Assembly: GCA_963693365.1 (NCBI GenBank)
Contig: CAVNZM010000015.1
Span: 3,720,001-3,784,000, forward strand
From: Amoebidium appalachense
Lineage: Eukaryota; Protista; Ichthyosporea
Length of the DNA stretch: 64,000 bases
Reading direction: 5' to 3'
The notes beneath the pieces were generated by a model. That model was not told where the DNA came from. It was given only the letters and a program-made list of their open reading frames with translations, and ran no database searches. This document shows positions 40,590 through 64,000 of this stretch, one piece after another; within the stretch, counting starts at the first letter, position 1, and each line of letters begins with the position of its first letter. The position numbers and the translations under genes were made by a program.

Positions 40590-41734
40590 GCGCACGCACG
40601 CACACACACACAAGCACACACACACACACAAGCACACACGGGCAGAGGGAAAGGGCAGTGTTGCAAGACTCCAGGTGTGCTAGCCGTGGGAAAACAGTCT
40701 ACATCTGCACCAGACTATGAGTTGAGAAGTTCGGTTCCATAACTAAAGCCCAGGCAAATCGACAAGGCAGGCCGCAGAAGGTGGAAGGGGCTGGGTAGAT
40801 CTGTGTTTGTGGGGGTTGGCTAGGGGTGAGGGGGAGGGAAGGTAAAGCGGGAGTTTGCCACGGAATGGGTGGAAAAGGAGGGCCCGGGGTGGGTGAGAAG
40901 GGGAGGTACTTACAAACAAAACCAAAAGGGGAGAGGTGGTTTAGAAAGGAAGGGGAGAGTCTTGTAGCCTCATGGCATACGAAGGGAAGGGGATTGCGGT
41001 AGTGCAAGCCTGCGAGAAAGGCATGGGCAAGTAGGGGGGGATACCGGAGGGGAAAATGCTTTATTGTTTTGTAGTAACACTGTTTATATTCGGGAGCCGG
41101 AAGAGAACAGTTCAGTGGTTTTGCGGAAGGAGAGTTATTGATTGGGGGGTTGGGGTGTGCGTGTGTGTGTGTGTAGGTGGGGGGGAGGGGGGGCAGTGCC
41201 CAAAGCGGGACGCGTTTCGGTGACTTTCAAAAGTGACCAATAATAGGAGGAGGAGAGGGTAGGGTGGGTGGGTGGGGGGCCTGGGACAGGTGCTGCGTGA
41301 ATCACAGGGACCATATTGAAGTCTGTGTTTTTATAGTTACAACTTTGAGGTCCAGCGCCTGCACAGTCTCGTCAGAGTGAGTGTTGTCAGTGGCCAGGTG
41401 ATTTTCCTGTCCACAGAAACACCGTTGAACTTAAAAACGAACCCGGAAAATAATGATAGGGTTGGCGTACTCTACAACAAAAGTTTTACTATAACTGATC
41501 AGAAAAACCTACCATTTGAAGAACGCTTGTACATGTACAGAGGTAGACACCTGTATCAGCATACATTCGCCATTGTGACAACACCTCGTGAAACAGTCCA
41601 TAAGTTCTTTCATTGGGGGTTCAGAAACTAAATACACGTTATTAACGACGCCTGAACTATGCTATGACCTAAACGTTACTATTGTAGCTGCCTTAGCAAT
41701 GAATCACTCGGGCCCCCATTGGCCACCCGCGCAC

Positions 41735-42418
41735 TCACGCACTGTTGGCGAAAACGGAGAGAGCCGCCACCAAAGCAACAAAGAACGTCGGAGAAGCGGA
41801 AGTGGCGTCGCTTCCTTTTTGAGCGTTGGATGATGGCGTGCCTGCAGGTGTTGTTGTTGCCCCAGCCGCAGTAGATGATGCATTACTTGTTGCGGTGGAT
41901 GATGCCTTACTTGTTGGGGCGGATGAAGCATTGCTGGCTGCGGATGTCGAGGCTGGGGTAGCGGAGGGTGGAGCAGGAGTAGGGGATAGGGTGCCGGCGG
42001 TAGCAGATGCCGAAGGTGTGGCGGGCGGCTGGCTACTTGGGACGTCTGTACCGGTGCCGGGAGCGTTGACCATGACTGCCTTCACGTAAATGGGAAGAGT
42101 CATGTTTGGCACCAAGGTGCATGCATCAAGGGGGAGGAGGAAACTCTCTCCAACTTTAGCGTCGCACGCAGGTGTCGAGTAAAGAGTTGCGTCTATTGCG
42201 TTTCCCTTCATGGATGCTTTGTGGTAGAGAGTTCCGGAGCCAACGGCACCGACTAGTGCGGCGGGGATTGGCAGGCTCGCACATGCTCCTGTCGTGGTAA
42301 CATCGGCGCAGAGAATGGTGGCGTCGCAGTTGGCACTCAGAGAGGCGCAAACCTGAGGTGTACCCGCTGCGGAGGTGATGGCAGCTGAGGCGAGGGAGAG
42401 AAAAACAGCGGCCTTCAT
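41735..42418 (-). CDS. Secreted Ser/Thr/Ala/Pro-rich cell-surface protein with probable GPI-anchor signal, 227 aa
   Basis: Signal peptide MKAAVFLSLASAAITSAA, Cys-containing N-domain, mucin-like stalk, hydrophobic C-terminus TFFVALVAALSVFANSA. TATAAA on the minus strand near 42514-42519. Confidence 0.8.
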   Translation of the reverse strand: MKAAVFLSLASAAITSAAGTPQVCASLSANCDATILCADVTTTGACASLPIPAALVGAVGSGTLYHKASMKGNAIDATLYSTPACDAKVGESFLLPLDACTLVPNMTLPIYVKAVMVNAPGTGTDVPSSQPPATPSASATAGTLSPTPAPPSATPASTSAASNASSAPTSKASSTATSNASSTAAGATTTPAGTPSSNAQKGSDATSASPTFFVALVAALSVFANSA

Positions 42419-42817
42419 TTTTCTGAAGTGTTTTGGGAATGGAAAGGAAAGGAGACACTGACCGGAATATATGAGCACGTAAAACTGAAGGTTTCTGTGT
42501 TTTGATAGCCGGATTTATAGTTGTGATTGTGAATGTGAAGGGGTGAATCTTAGAAGGGGAAGCCAATACGAGCTCGCTTGGAGCGCAGCAAAAGATCTCA
42601 ACCGAGGTGGCATTTACTGTGATGTCAGCCACTTGCATACTTCGAGAAAAAGCAGAGGAAAAAAAAATACATTTTCATTAACAAAGCCGTCTAATATTAC
42701 TTAAGTTTTTAAGAGTTTTATGTCATAAAGTAATAGAGGTTTAGGTTTCTATTTTCTTTATTTCTGTGGATACCACCGGCGCTGTGTTGAATTCATTTGG
42801 TCGCCAAGAAGCGATCA

Positions 42818-43091
42818 ATTTGCTCTCCTCTCCTCTGGCAACGATCTAATGTTCACCGTGGACGTATTTTTGTAGGGTACAGTATTTGCTCTCCTGTCCT
42901 CTGGCAACGATCTACAACCTTGTAATGTTCACTGTGGACGTATTTTTGTAGGGTACAGTATTTGCTCTCCTCTCCTCTGGCAACGATCTAATATTCACCG
43001 TGGACGTATTTTTGTAGGGTACAGTATTTGCTCTCCTCTCCTCTGGCAACGACCTAATGTTCACCGTGGACGTATTTTTGCAGGGTACAGT
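42818..43091. repeat. 66-bp tandem repeat, 4 copies
   Basis: atttgctctcctctcctctggcaacgatctaatgttcaccgtggacgtatttttgtagggtacagt. The second copy carries a 10-bp insertion. Confidence 0.92.
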
Positions 43092-43730
43092 ACGGTACAG
43101 TACCGGTGCTTTCATCTACTATTACATACGTATACGTGCCTACGCATACAATTGCCGTGCAGATTTCATTTACATAAAGGCACAAAAAAACTTAAATATA
43201 ACACATTGAAACACTTTTGTAGTATCTTTGTGTACGCGTCTGACACGTCACAATCGCAAGTGCATATTCGACGCGGGCTGCGGCAGAAAACACATGTGAC
43301 GCACACGTGCACGCGATAGCGTAGCTTAAGATAGGTTGGGGGAGAACACAGGAGCACAGGGTAAATACCCGACAGCCCATATATATCAGCTTAACACAGC
43401 AATATCTGCCGTCTATTCACAGGCAGCCTCCTGGCTCCAAGCCCTTCTCAGTTTGTACATATCACATCTGACCCATGCATGCATATTGATATGCACGCAG
43501 TAGCTGCCAGTGCTTCGTTTTTGTACGTAGCTACGGCATCACGCGTTTCTTCTACTAGGGCACGAGAGTGGATTCAACTGTTTCATGAATTCAGCTCGGA
43601 AAGTCTCTTTTTGCATTCGGTTTATCAGTAGGGTTTATTAGATACTTCTGAAGTTTAGATGTGCACTTGTTGTGGTTTGCGTGGATGTCTTGTGGCGTCT
43701 GTGCACCGTGACTTTCTATTTTCTGGTGTA

Positions 43731-43877
<147 letters not shown>

Positions 43878-43882
43878 ACATA

Positions 43883-43976
43883 TGTATGACATTGTATGTT
43901 AGCGCCCTGCGTGTGTGCGTGCCAAAAGAGGGGACCAAACTTTCAGTTCAAAGCAATTGTTTCTTGTGTGTGTACC

Positions 43977-44052
<76 letters not shown>

Positions 44053-44143
44053 ACATTGTATGTTAGCGCCCTGCGTGCATGCGTGCCAAGAAAGGGGACG
44101 AAACTTCCAGTTCAAAGTAACTGTTGTTTCTTGTGTGTGTACC
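43883..44143. repeat. ~95-bp direct duplication separated by (TG)n
   Basis: tgtatgacattgtatgttagcgccctgcgtg...cagttcaaag...ttcttgtgtgtgtacc at 43883-43976 and 44047-44143. Confidence 0.85.
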
Positions 44144-44149
44144 CTTGTT

Positions 44150-44245
<96 letters not shown>

Positions 44246-44501
44246 TGTGTGTCGCGTGCACATATGCGCGCGCACGTGTGGGTGTGACCGTGCTTGTGTC
44301 GCCTGCAGTGTGTGTGTGCTTGTGTACAAGTGCTTGTGTGTTTGTGTGTGTGCGCGCGCATGTGTGTGTGACACTGTGTGTGTATGTGTGTGTGTGTGTG
44401 TGTGTGACACCTTGTGTATATTTGTGTATGTGCCATGCGTTGTGTGTGTGTGTGCGTCTGTGTGTGATGCGAGTGAAGGAGAATTTGTGTGTGTGTGTGT
44501 C

Positions 44502-44542
<41 letters not shown>

Positions 44543-44544
44543 GT

Positions 44545-44587
<43 letters not shown>

Positions 44588-44626
44588 GTGCGTGTGTGTG
44601 CGCGTATGGGTTTTTTTTTTTTTTTT

Positions 44627-44658
<32 letters not shown>

Positions 44659-45061
44659 GGAGTCACCGTGGCAGAGATAGCTTGGTATTTGATTCATTTT
44701 GCTCGAAAGTTTATAATCAACGACTAGATGATACGTGTCTCTTCGTCTTCGAATACGTTTACGAATTCAAGGCACTGAAACAGAAATCCAACTATCCGAC
44801 CACTACGATGTTAGCATACCGGGCTACGATTATAGAGTACTATAGCTCTCTATTACCCCACCCACCATACGTTTTTTCACAAAGGTTATCCAAAATAGAT
44901 AGACTATATAAATTTAAATATTAGTCACATATGTCCACCATATTAAAGTTCTTTCATTCGGAATTATCTTGAAAAATATGCATACCACCATCTATCTGTC
45001 TACATCTACCAACACAAATTGTGTATTTCCTCAACAATATTCCGTTAAAATAAATGAAATC

Positions 45062-55851
<10,790 letters not shown>

Positions 55852-56225
55852 GCTTAATAACTCCTTGTAACACTTGAGTTGAGGTGGTAGACAAACAAAC
55901 AGCAGACCCCTTGGTCGCCAGAATGGCCCAAAGGTGTACTCCTTGTTCAAGAATGTAGAGGTTTCTAACAATAAATGAAAAGCCTATAAACCTACCCAGA
56001 ATGCAACCCAGACTAACCACTACTATCAAAAAGCTGTTTGAATCCAAGTTCTCGCACTCCCAGCGCCCTCACGATTAGACTTTTAAAGTTAAATTTTACA
56101 CCATCTTGTAGAAACGAAGGATAGACAACGACACAAAAACGGGTTTCCACCCGAAACGACACTTTGTGAAGGTCCCCTATCGCTTTAGCCGGAAAACTAC
56201 TAGTTTTTCACTTTCCGCCCGCGGA

Positions 56226-56250
56226 TTTTGGCGCGCGAATCTGACCAATC
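56226..56250. promoter_or_regulatory. E2F-like site plus CCAAT box upstream of the BTB gene
   Basis: ttttggcgcgcgaa 56226-56239 and CCAAT 56245-56249, about 380 bp upstream of the ATG at 55851. Confidence 0.35.
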
Positions 56251-56260
56251 GGGAAGTTCC

Positions 56261-56291
<31 letters not shown>

Positions 56292-56614
56292 TTTCGGCTT
56301 TTTGCTCGGCCCCTCCCGCCCCTCCCCCCCCCTCCCAACCCACTCTCCCCCCCCCCCCTCCCCCCACCACCCTTCCCCCCCCGACACACACATATACCCA
56401 CATATATACATGTCACCTCTCCGCCCTTCCGCGGTCGAATGGCCACCCACCCTCCATAACAATACCCGCCAGCTGGCCATGGCCAGCTGCAGCGTCACGT
56501 TCTCATAAAGCAATGTAAAAGGACTAATGAAACCTTCCCCTTTTAGAGCCAGGCCACTCAGTGAGCTCCCCTAACATGCATGGTGCGCATGCTCCCCCCC
56601 GCCCCCCCCCCCCC

Positions 56615-56645
<31 letters not shown>

Positions 56646-57536
56646 ACACACACGCACACACGCACACACACACACATGTACACACACACACACCACCACG
56701 GTGACCACCACCTGGCTATAGTCACGTACGCGTACGTGCACAACGCGTGCCGTGTCACTCGGAGCGTGAGAATCACAAGTTATAACCCGTTTTCTTGAAT
56801 GCTTTGCGCGCAAGAGTAACTTGAAGGTAGCTGCACATGTTTGTTCGTTTATTATGGTCATTCCTTTGCTCCAAATCGCAAACTTTGATGTCTTTTTGTG
56901 AGTGCTTTACAGTAGATGATCATGAATCCCCCTGCCCCCCCTCCCCCCCCTCCCCCCCCCCCCCCCCCCTCCTTATTTTTAAGTTCTATCTAGCTACGGG
57001 TGAACTGATGGGCTGCAAAAACCTCTTACAATACTCTCTTTAGGCTAGAAGGCATCTCTCCATGCCATATACAGGATCGGTTATGTACACATACAGGAAA
57101 GAACCCGACTATGTATTCGTATGCACTCGTCTTCTGTACACTGGCATGCCGGCCCAGACATGCCCATAAAAAAACGAAAACAACATATAGCATCAGCAAT
57201 CAGAGGAACCTAGGCCTTTGTGCACCTACCAACGGATATACATGACTGTTTCAATAAACGTTAACGCCCGGGGGGAGGGGGAGGGGAGCGCGAGAGAGAG
57301 AGGGAGGAAGGGGCCGTCATATGCATAATGTCAGGTCAGGTATTACCGAACAAAGCTCAATCACATAACCGATAACACCGTTGGTCGCATATCTCTCGAT
57401 CAAACACAACTACATAGTTGCTTAATAGTTTAGTTGCATTCGTCAACGACAACGGGTCGACTTAAATATTTCATTTAAAACCCCTAGCCAATCACAATTA
57501 ATTATTCAGCAAATGAAATCCATTGGCCATTCATGA

Positions 57537-57804
57537 CTAATCGCTCACATCACTAATCGTAGCATCTATCACCGCATAGCCTCCGCTCGTATGCTCGTGT
57601 GGCTTGAGGTCCGCTAGGGTGCACAGGATTGTGGGGTGTGGGCCCTGTGACGTCATCACTATGTCATGCTGGGGCTTGTCGAGGTTGTGCAGTCGGTACG
57701 TCACATGCAGGTTGGGAGAGAGCGTGTTCTGCCTGTGTGTGTGTGTGGGTGTGTGTGTGTGTGGGGAAGGGGGGGAGGGGGGGGGGGGGGGGGGAGGTGT
57801 GTGT

Positions 57805-57847
<43 letters not shown>

Positions 57848-58266
57848 TGTGGGTGTGTGGCGTGTATGTGCATGAGCGTGTATGAGCGTGTAGATAGGTG
57901 CATTAGTGCAACTGATGTCTGTGTCCCTGCTGATTAATGTTAATCGCTCGAGAGACCAGTTTTTTTTTTTTTGTTTGGAGGGGAGGGGGGGGGGGGGGGG
58001 GGGCATAGCAAGTCCTCCCACCAAACCCACCATACTCCAAGGTATAGCAAGGCAAAATATTTGCCCTCAGTTCTATCAATGGGTTATAATGGGTATGCTT
58101 CAGTCATACACAGAAATCATACTGAAAAATTGTACGACTGGGCCATGCCTCTTATCGAGGGTGGCGAGCATCTCAACCCCTAGCTATCGACCCCGTCGCT
58201 TCTTCCCTTCTTCAGTTCCTCACAACTTACCCACCCGCCCAGCCCATCCATGCACGCTCGCACGCG

Positions 58267-58329
<63 letters not shown>

Positions 58330-58498
58330 CCAATTCTAGAAATCGCAAATACACGAACTTTCACGGACTTCCTTCCCCCTCTTGACATGAAAAGCACCAA
58401 CCAGCTCCCATCCCCTCCCCCCTCCCTCCTTACCCCCATCCCATCCTCCTCCCCGCAACCACCACCACCACCACCACACACACACACAGACACACACA

Positions 58499-58590
<92 letters not shown>

Positions 58591-58683
58591 CTTGCTTATA
58601 CCGCCACCATGACTAAGATCGCACACACAAGGCTCGATCATCATCCACCCCCCGGTACAGTTCCAACACAGCACCGACAATTT

Positions 58684-58717
<34 letters not shown>

Positions 58718-59166
58718 ACAACCCCATCCATTCTCTCTCCCCTCTTGCCCCCCCCCTCTTCTCTCTCTCTCCTGTCCTCTTTTATCCTCCTTTTTCTCCT
58801 GTCTCCTTCTTCTTTCCCCCCCCCCCCCCCCCCATCCCCCCCCCCCCCCCCCCCCCCCCCTTTCCCCCCTTTTATACCCCTCTTCCCATTACCCCCCCCC
58901 CCCCCCCCCCCCCACCCACCCACCCACCCCCACACACCTACTCAACAACCTCTCTCTCATACAAAACACAGCAGAACTTTTACCCAACCCAGGACACTCA
59001 CCCCGTAGCAATCTGTGCGCTGACGTCTATCCTTTGTTGTTGAAGCACTGACGGTAGCCATGTGTTTCTCTTTGCCACCGTCACCACCAAAGTGTAGTCC
59101 TGCCCAAATAGGTGCAGGGGTGCACTGGTGGTCTGCACGTCCATCGAGAGCCCTGTGTGTGTGTGT

Positions 59167-59197
<31 letters not shown>

Positions 59198-59266
59198 GAA
59201 GTGGGGGTGTGGATGTGTGTGTGCGAGTGGGGGGGGGGGGGGGGGATGTACGTGTGTGTGTATGTA

Positions 59267-59340
<74 letters not shown>

Positions 59341-60244
59341 CACGTGTGTGTGCGTGTTAGATAAGTAGAAGATTATGTTTCCCCTTTGGTTGGGTGTGTC
59401 TTTTTGTAGTACACTGCGCGTCTGTAAGATTGTTTTTTCCCTTCCTTCGAATATGTTTTTATTCTCTTACACCTGCGTGGGTAAGGCCATGTTTTCCTTT
59501 CAGTTGGGATTGCTTTTTCCCTAATTGGCACTGTGTGTGTGTGCCTAACCTTATGTTCCCCAGTTATTCTCTGTCCCTTAGCCCTGCAGTCTTCTCTTTG
59601 GGGATGTGTTGGGCTCAGTGGGGGACGTTCCAAGGAACACGGGGAGGGTGAGAAAAGTACAGTACGATATCTGGCTGTGCAATTCCTTTGAACACCCCCC
59701 CCCCCCCCCCTCCCCCCTCCCCCCCCCCCCCCCCTCCCCCGTTATCCTCATGTTATCGTTTTTTTTTGTTTTTTTTTTTGACGGAGAGGGTGTCGGTGAA
59801 GGTGGGATCGGGTGGGGTGGGTGGATGGGTGCGGGAGGGTGGGTGGGTGAGGGGGGGGAAGAACACCTGCTGGGTTTTCAGCCGACAGCCAGTCGGGGAC
59901 ATTGTTCAACACAACACGCAGAGTGGCTGAGGATGGGGCCAGTTAGAGACAGAGAGAGAGGGGGGGGGGGGGGGGGGGGGGAGGGGGGTGGAGGAGGCAG
60001 GCGATGTGCTCGGTGAAGAATGTGAGGCGCACACCCTACTGCTTACTGCTCACGTGCACACAAACGCAGAAGTACGCACACACCCACACCCACACGGAAC
60101 AAGTACGTGTATACGTACACACGTGCTTTCTGCTTTGACCTCACCTCCCATCAATACAGTCGCACCTACCTCCCCTATTCCCAGCTCTATCTCCAGCATC
60201 CACTGTTACGAAGCACCCCCCCCCCCCCCCCCCCTTCCCCCCCC

Positions 60245-60326
<82 letters not shown>

Positions 60327-60674
60327 ACCACTCCACCCCATTCCCCCCCACACAAACATACATATACCCACCGTCATTACCCATCCATCCACCGTCTACA
60401 CACCGTTTTCTTTTCCCGCACAAAAAGACCTTCCGTTCGCTCGTATAGTTCGAGATCACCAACAAGCCCACCCATTATTCTTGATGGCTAGAAGAATCGG
60501 AAAAGCTGGGTGAAGGCATAGGCAAAAAGGCAGAATAGGGGGGGCACGTACACAAGTCTGTGCGAAGGGATGGGGGCCGAAAGAGTGAATGGCAAGGGGT
60601 GGGCAGCGGCAGCGAGGGGGAAGGGACAAGGATGAGCAAGGTGTGTGTGTGTGTGGGGGGGGAGGAAGATGTGT

Positions 60675-60712
<38 letters not shown>

Positions 60713-60840
60713 GTGTGTGTGTGTGGGGGGGGGGGGGGAAGATGTGTGTGTGTGTGTGTGGGGGGGGGGGGGAAGATGTGTGTGTGTGGGGGGGGGGAAG
60801 ATGTGTGTGTGTGTGTGTGGGGGGGGGGGGGGGAAGATGT

Positions 60841-60871
<31 letters not shown>

Positions 60872-61709
60872 GAGGGAGGGAGATCTAACGCAAACCTGGG
60901 CGTAGACGGGGCAGAAACATATCCACTAGGGGCCTGGTCCACTGGTCGTGTTGCAGCTCTTGGTAGCGCTGGTGGGCACCGTGCCAGAGCGCCTGCGGTG
61001 TGGGGTGAGTGGGCCGATAATACATATGAAGTAAATTGGCCTATATTACATATTAGGTAAATTGGCCGATATTACATATGAGGTAGCTAGGCCGATACTA
61101 CATATGAGGTGAGGTGGGGTGAATGGGCCGATATTACATATGAGATGAGTGGGTAGGCCGATACAGGCCGATACTACATATGAGGTGAGGCGAGTAGGCC
61201 GATATTGTAAGTTTAGAGGAAACAGTGCTAATTGGGACAACGTAGTGATGGGTTAAATTGTGTTTCAAAAATAGAACAGTGGTAATTCGGACCACTAAGG
61301 TAATACTATAAAGTGTTGAGATTTGCACTGTTGTGTTACGTGTGATTCGGAAGAGCGTGGTGTTTGCTGCATTGTGATATGTGAGCCATTCTGGAGAGCG
61401 TGGTAATTTGGAACAGCAACAGAAGGAAATCTTCCCAAATTCCTTGCTTTCGGTGGAGGAGGAGGAGAGTATGGGTGGAACCTACGGGAACATGTTTAAT
61501 TCTAAAGTGAGAAACTTAGAAACATTGTTTTTGTAGATAGAGGGGACTAGAAACATAGCATTCTCCCCCAAACCCCCCCCACACCCCACACACAAAAAAA
61601 ATTAAAATCAAGGAAAAAATAATCAATAAATAAACAATTAAATAATAAAAAATAATAGTAAAAAACACGAACACTGGGGGGGAAGGGGAAGGGGGGGGGG
61701 GGGGGGGGG

Positions 61710-61741
<32 letters not shown>

Positions 61742-62728
61742 GAGAGATTGTGTGTGTGTGTGTGAGAGAGAGAAAGAAAGAGAGAGAGAGAAGGGCGGGT
61801 GGGGTGGGGTGAGGTGGGGTGGGGGGAAGGGTAGGCACCATACCTCTGAAATAATGCCTTTTGTCTCTGCCAGCTTGATGTGCCGTGCATGGCCGGCAGA
61901 TGCCAACTCTGGCAGAGAGAGGGGTGGTCAGTCAGAATCACAAGTTACCGGGGATGCAAAGGCAAACACAACGTCAACTATTTCAGCCCATTACATTACA
62001 CACGCGTGCCTCATCCGTTTGCCCTTCCCAGCGTGTCTGAAGACAGACAATGAGACACATATATGTATAATATCAATAATAATAAATCAAAAAAATTAAT
62101 AATTAAAGAAGACAAAAAGACACACAAGGGCCAATTTAAAAAAAAAATCTTCCGCTCATCCACCCATCTCTTACTCCAATTATACCACACTCTTCCCATT
62201 AACTCATTTCCTGGCTAACTTGAAGCCCACTCTTGTCATTTCTTGGTATACCCCCCCCCCCCCCCCCCCCTCTCCCTTCACCCTCCCACTCTCCCCCCCC
62301 TCCCACCCTCCCACACCTAAACGGCGGGATGTTTCCGCACGCAATTATGGCATTACATTGAAACTGGCCTTTTCAGGAATGGTGGTGGTGGTGGTGGTGG
62401 CTGGGGGGGGGAAGGGGGGGGGAGAGGGGGGGGGGGGGGGGGAGGTAAAAATGTGTTATAGGGTACGAAGTACGAAGTATCATTAACGGACAACATAATG
62501 CAGAGTGCAAACCACAGAAAGTGTATGCATGATAAGCACATCCAATCCTCAGGGCACAACTCATCCACACGGAGGGAGACGGGGAGGGGGAGGGGGGAAG
62601 GGGGGGGGGGGGGGGGGGGGTGTGTGATTAAAGCACACACCTGCAAGATACCGTGGTAGCCTGACACAGGTTTGGAGCACATTACAGACGACTTTGGGGT
62701 CCTTGGGTCCGTTGGGTCCTTTAACCCA
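57537..62728 (-). CDS. 3' part of a tandem paralogous BTB-BACK-MATH-like gene (5' exons outside the window)
   Basis: Exons 62641-62728, 61844-61908, 60896-60992, 59867-59926, 59002-59152, 57537-57732, with the same intron phases as the neighbour. Shared LPRLRP; VTYRLHNL vs VEYRILNL; EHTSGGYAVIDATI vs EHYSDGVAVFEATL. Confidence 0.82.
60638..60886. repeat. Compound repeat (GT)n-(G)n-AAGAT
   Basis: About 7 units with variable GT and G run lengths. Confidence 0.85.
61011..61206. repeat. ~26-bp degenerate tandem repeat abutting a 3' splice site
   Basis: ggccgata(t/c)tacatatgaggt core, about 7 copies with short variable linkers. Confidence 0.85.
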
Positions 62729-63118
62729 CTGCGAGGAGTGGGTTAAGGGGGGGAAAACAACTGTGAGCATGACAGTTAAAGGGTAGGCGGTATGGCTCTC
62801 TCCCTTTTTTATTTTATTTTTTACTGAACACTAAGAAAACCAATAAATCTCTCGAGTAGCTCAGATGCTTGCGCCACTGCCAGGATTGGATTGAAAGGGG
62901 AAAAACCACTATGTGCATGATGTTGAAAAAAGTAGGCAATATTGCTCTTTTTTTACCAATTGAACAACGGTAGGATCAATCAATCAACCGGCCTGGGGGG
63001 GCAGGGGGGGGGGGGGGGGGGGGGGAGGGGAGGGGGGCAGAGGAGGAGGAGGAGGAGGAGGAGGAGGAGGAGGATGAGGGGGGGGGGGGGGAGGAGAGTC
63101 ACAGATGGAAGAGGGTAT

Positions 63119-63506
63119 GTACGTTGACCAATTTGTCGACAACAACACTCTTTTAGGGCACATCCAATGTATCACAATACGGGGGGGAAAAAATGAAGAA
63201 AAAGAGACAAAAAGGAGATGGTGGTGGTTGTGGTTGTGTGTATCTGTGTGAGTGTGTATGCGTGTATGCGTGCGTGTGCGCTCGTGAGTGTGTGTGAAAA
63301 GGGGGTGCGGGAGGCAAAGAGAGAGAGAGAAGGCAAGAAAGTACCTTAATTAACATGTCCACAACCACACTTTTTGAGGGCACATTCAATGTATCACCCT
63401 ATATATATATATATAGATATAAAGAAAGAAAGAAAGAAAGAAAGAAAAAGAAAAAGAAACGAATGGGGGATGGTGCTCTTGTTGTTGTTTGTGTGTGTGT
63501 CTGTGT

Positions 63507-63579
<73 letters not shown>

Positions 63580-63671
63580 GGAAGGGGGGATGTGGGGAGG
63601 CATGGGGAGGGAATAAGGGTACCTTGACTAACATGTCCACAACAACATACTCTGTGGGCACATCCAATGTC
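63119..63671 (-). repeat. Three ~55-bp copies of a BACK-domain exon end plus splice donor
   Basis: Minus-strand translations TLDVPTEYVVVDMLVK, GDTLNVPSKSVVVDMLIK and CDTLDVP*KSVVVDKLVN, each followed by GTAC. Confidence 0.75.
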
Positions 63672-63696
63672 CCCCCTCCTCCCCCCCCCCCCTCCC

Positions 63697-63727
<31 letters not shown>

Positions 63728-63780
63728 AAAAAAAAAAAAACGCAACAACCGGCGGGCGGGGGGGGGGGGGGGGGGGGGGG

Positions 63781-64000
<220 letters not shown>

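Noticed and set aside
61011-61206. CRISPR-like repeat with variable linkers
   Set aside because: Eukaryotic intron, degenerate repeats, very short non-unique linkers and no cas genes.

Overview
Eukaryotic genomic DNA with spliceosomal genes whose introns are bloated with poly-C/poly-G runs, (CA)n/(GT)n microsatellites and short local duplications. The syntenin-like gene and intron style suggest a unicellular holozoan such as an ichthyosporean (inference only). Most supplied ORFs are low-complexity artefacts. Genes reconstructed by hand: an exostosin/GT47-like glycosyltransferase (4 exons, +), a single-C2H2 zinc-finger protein (+), an 11-exon cytochrome P450 (+, with one GC-AG intron and one apparent homopolymer frameshift), a two-PDZ syntenin-like gene (-), a secreted Ser/Thr/Ala-rich GPI-type protein (-), a 12-exon BTB-BACK-MATH-like gene (-) and the 3' six exons of its tandem paralog (-). 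Mobile DNA: two 5'-truncated copies of one LINE forming a ~3.9-kb inverted repeat, and a MITE-like element. Best leads: the LINE hairpin locus (possible trans-silencing small-RNA source), splice sites built directly from (GT)n/(CA)n repeats, a conserved intronic element in equivalent introns of the two BTB paralogs, a triplicated exon end, and a stop codon embedded in a splice donor of the GPI-type gene.
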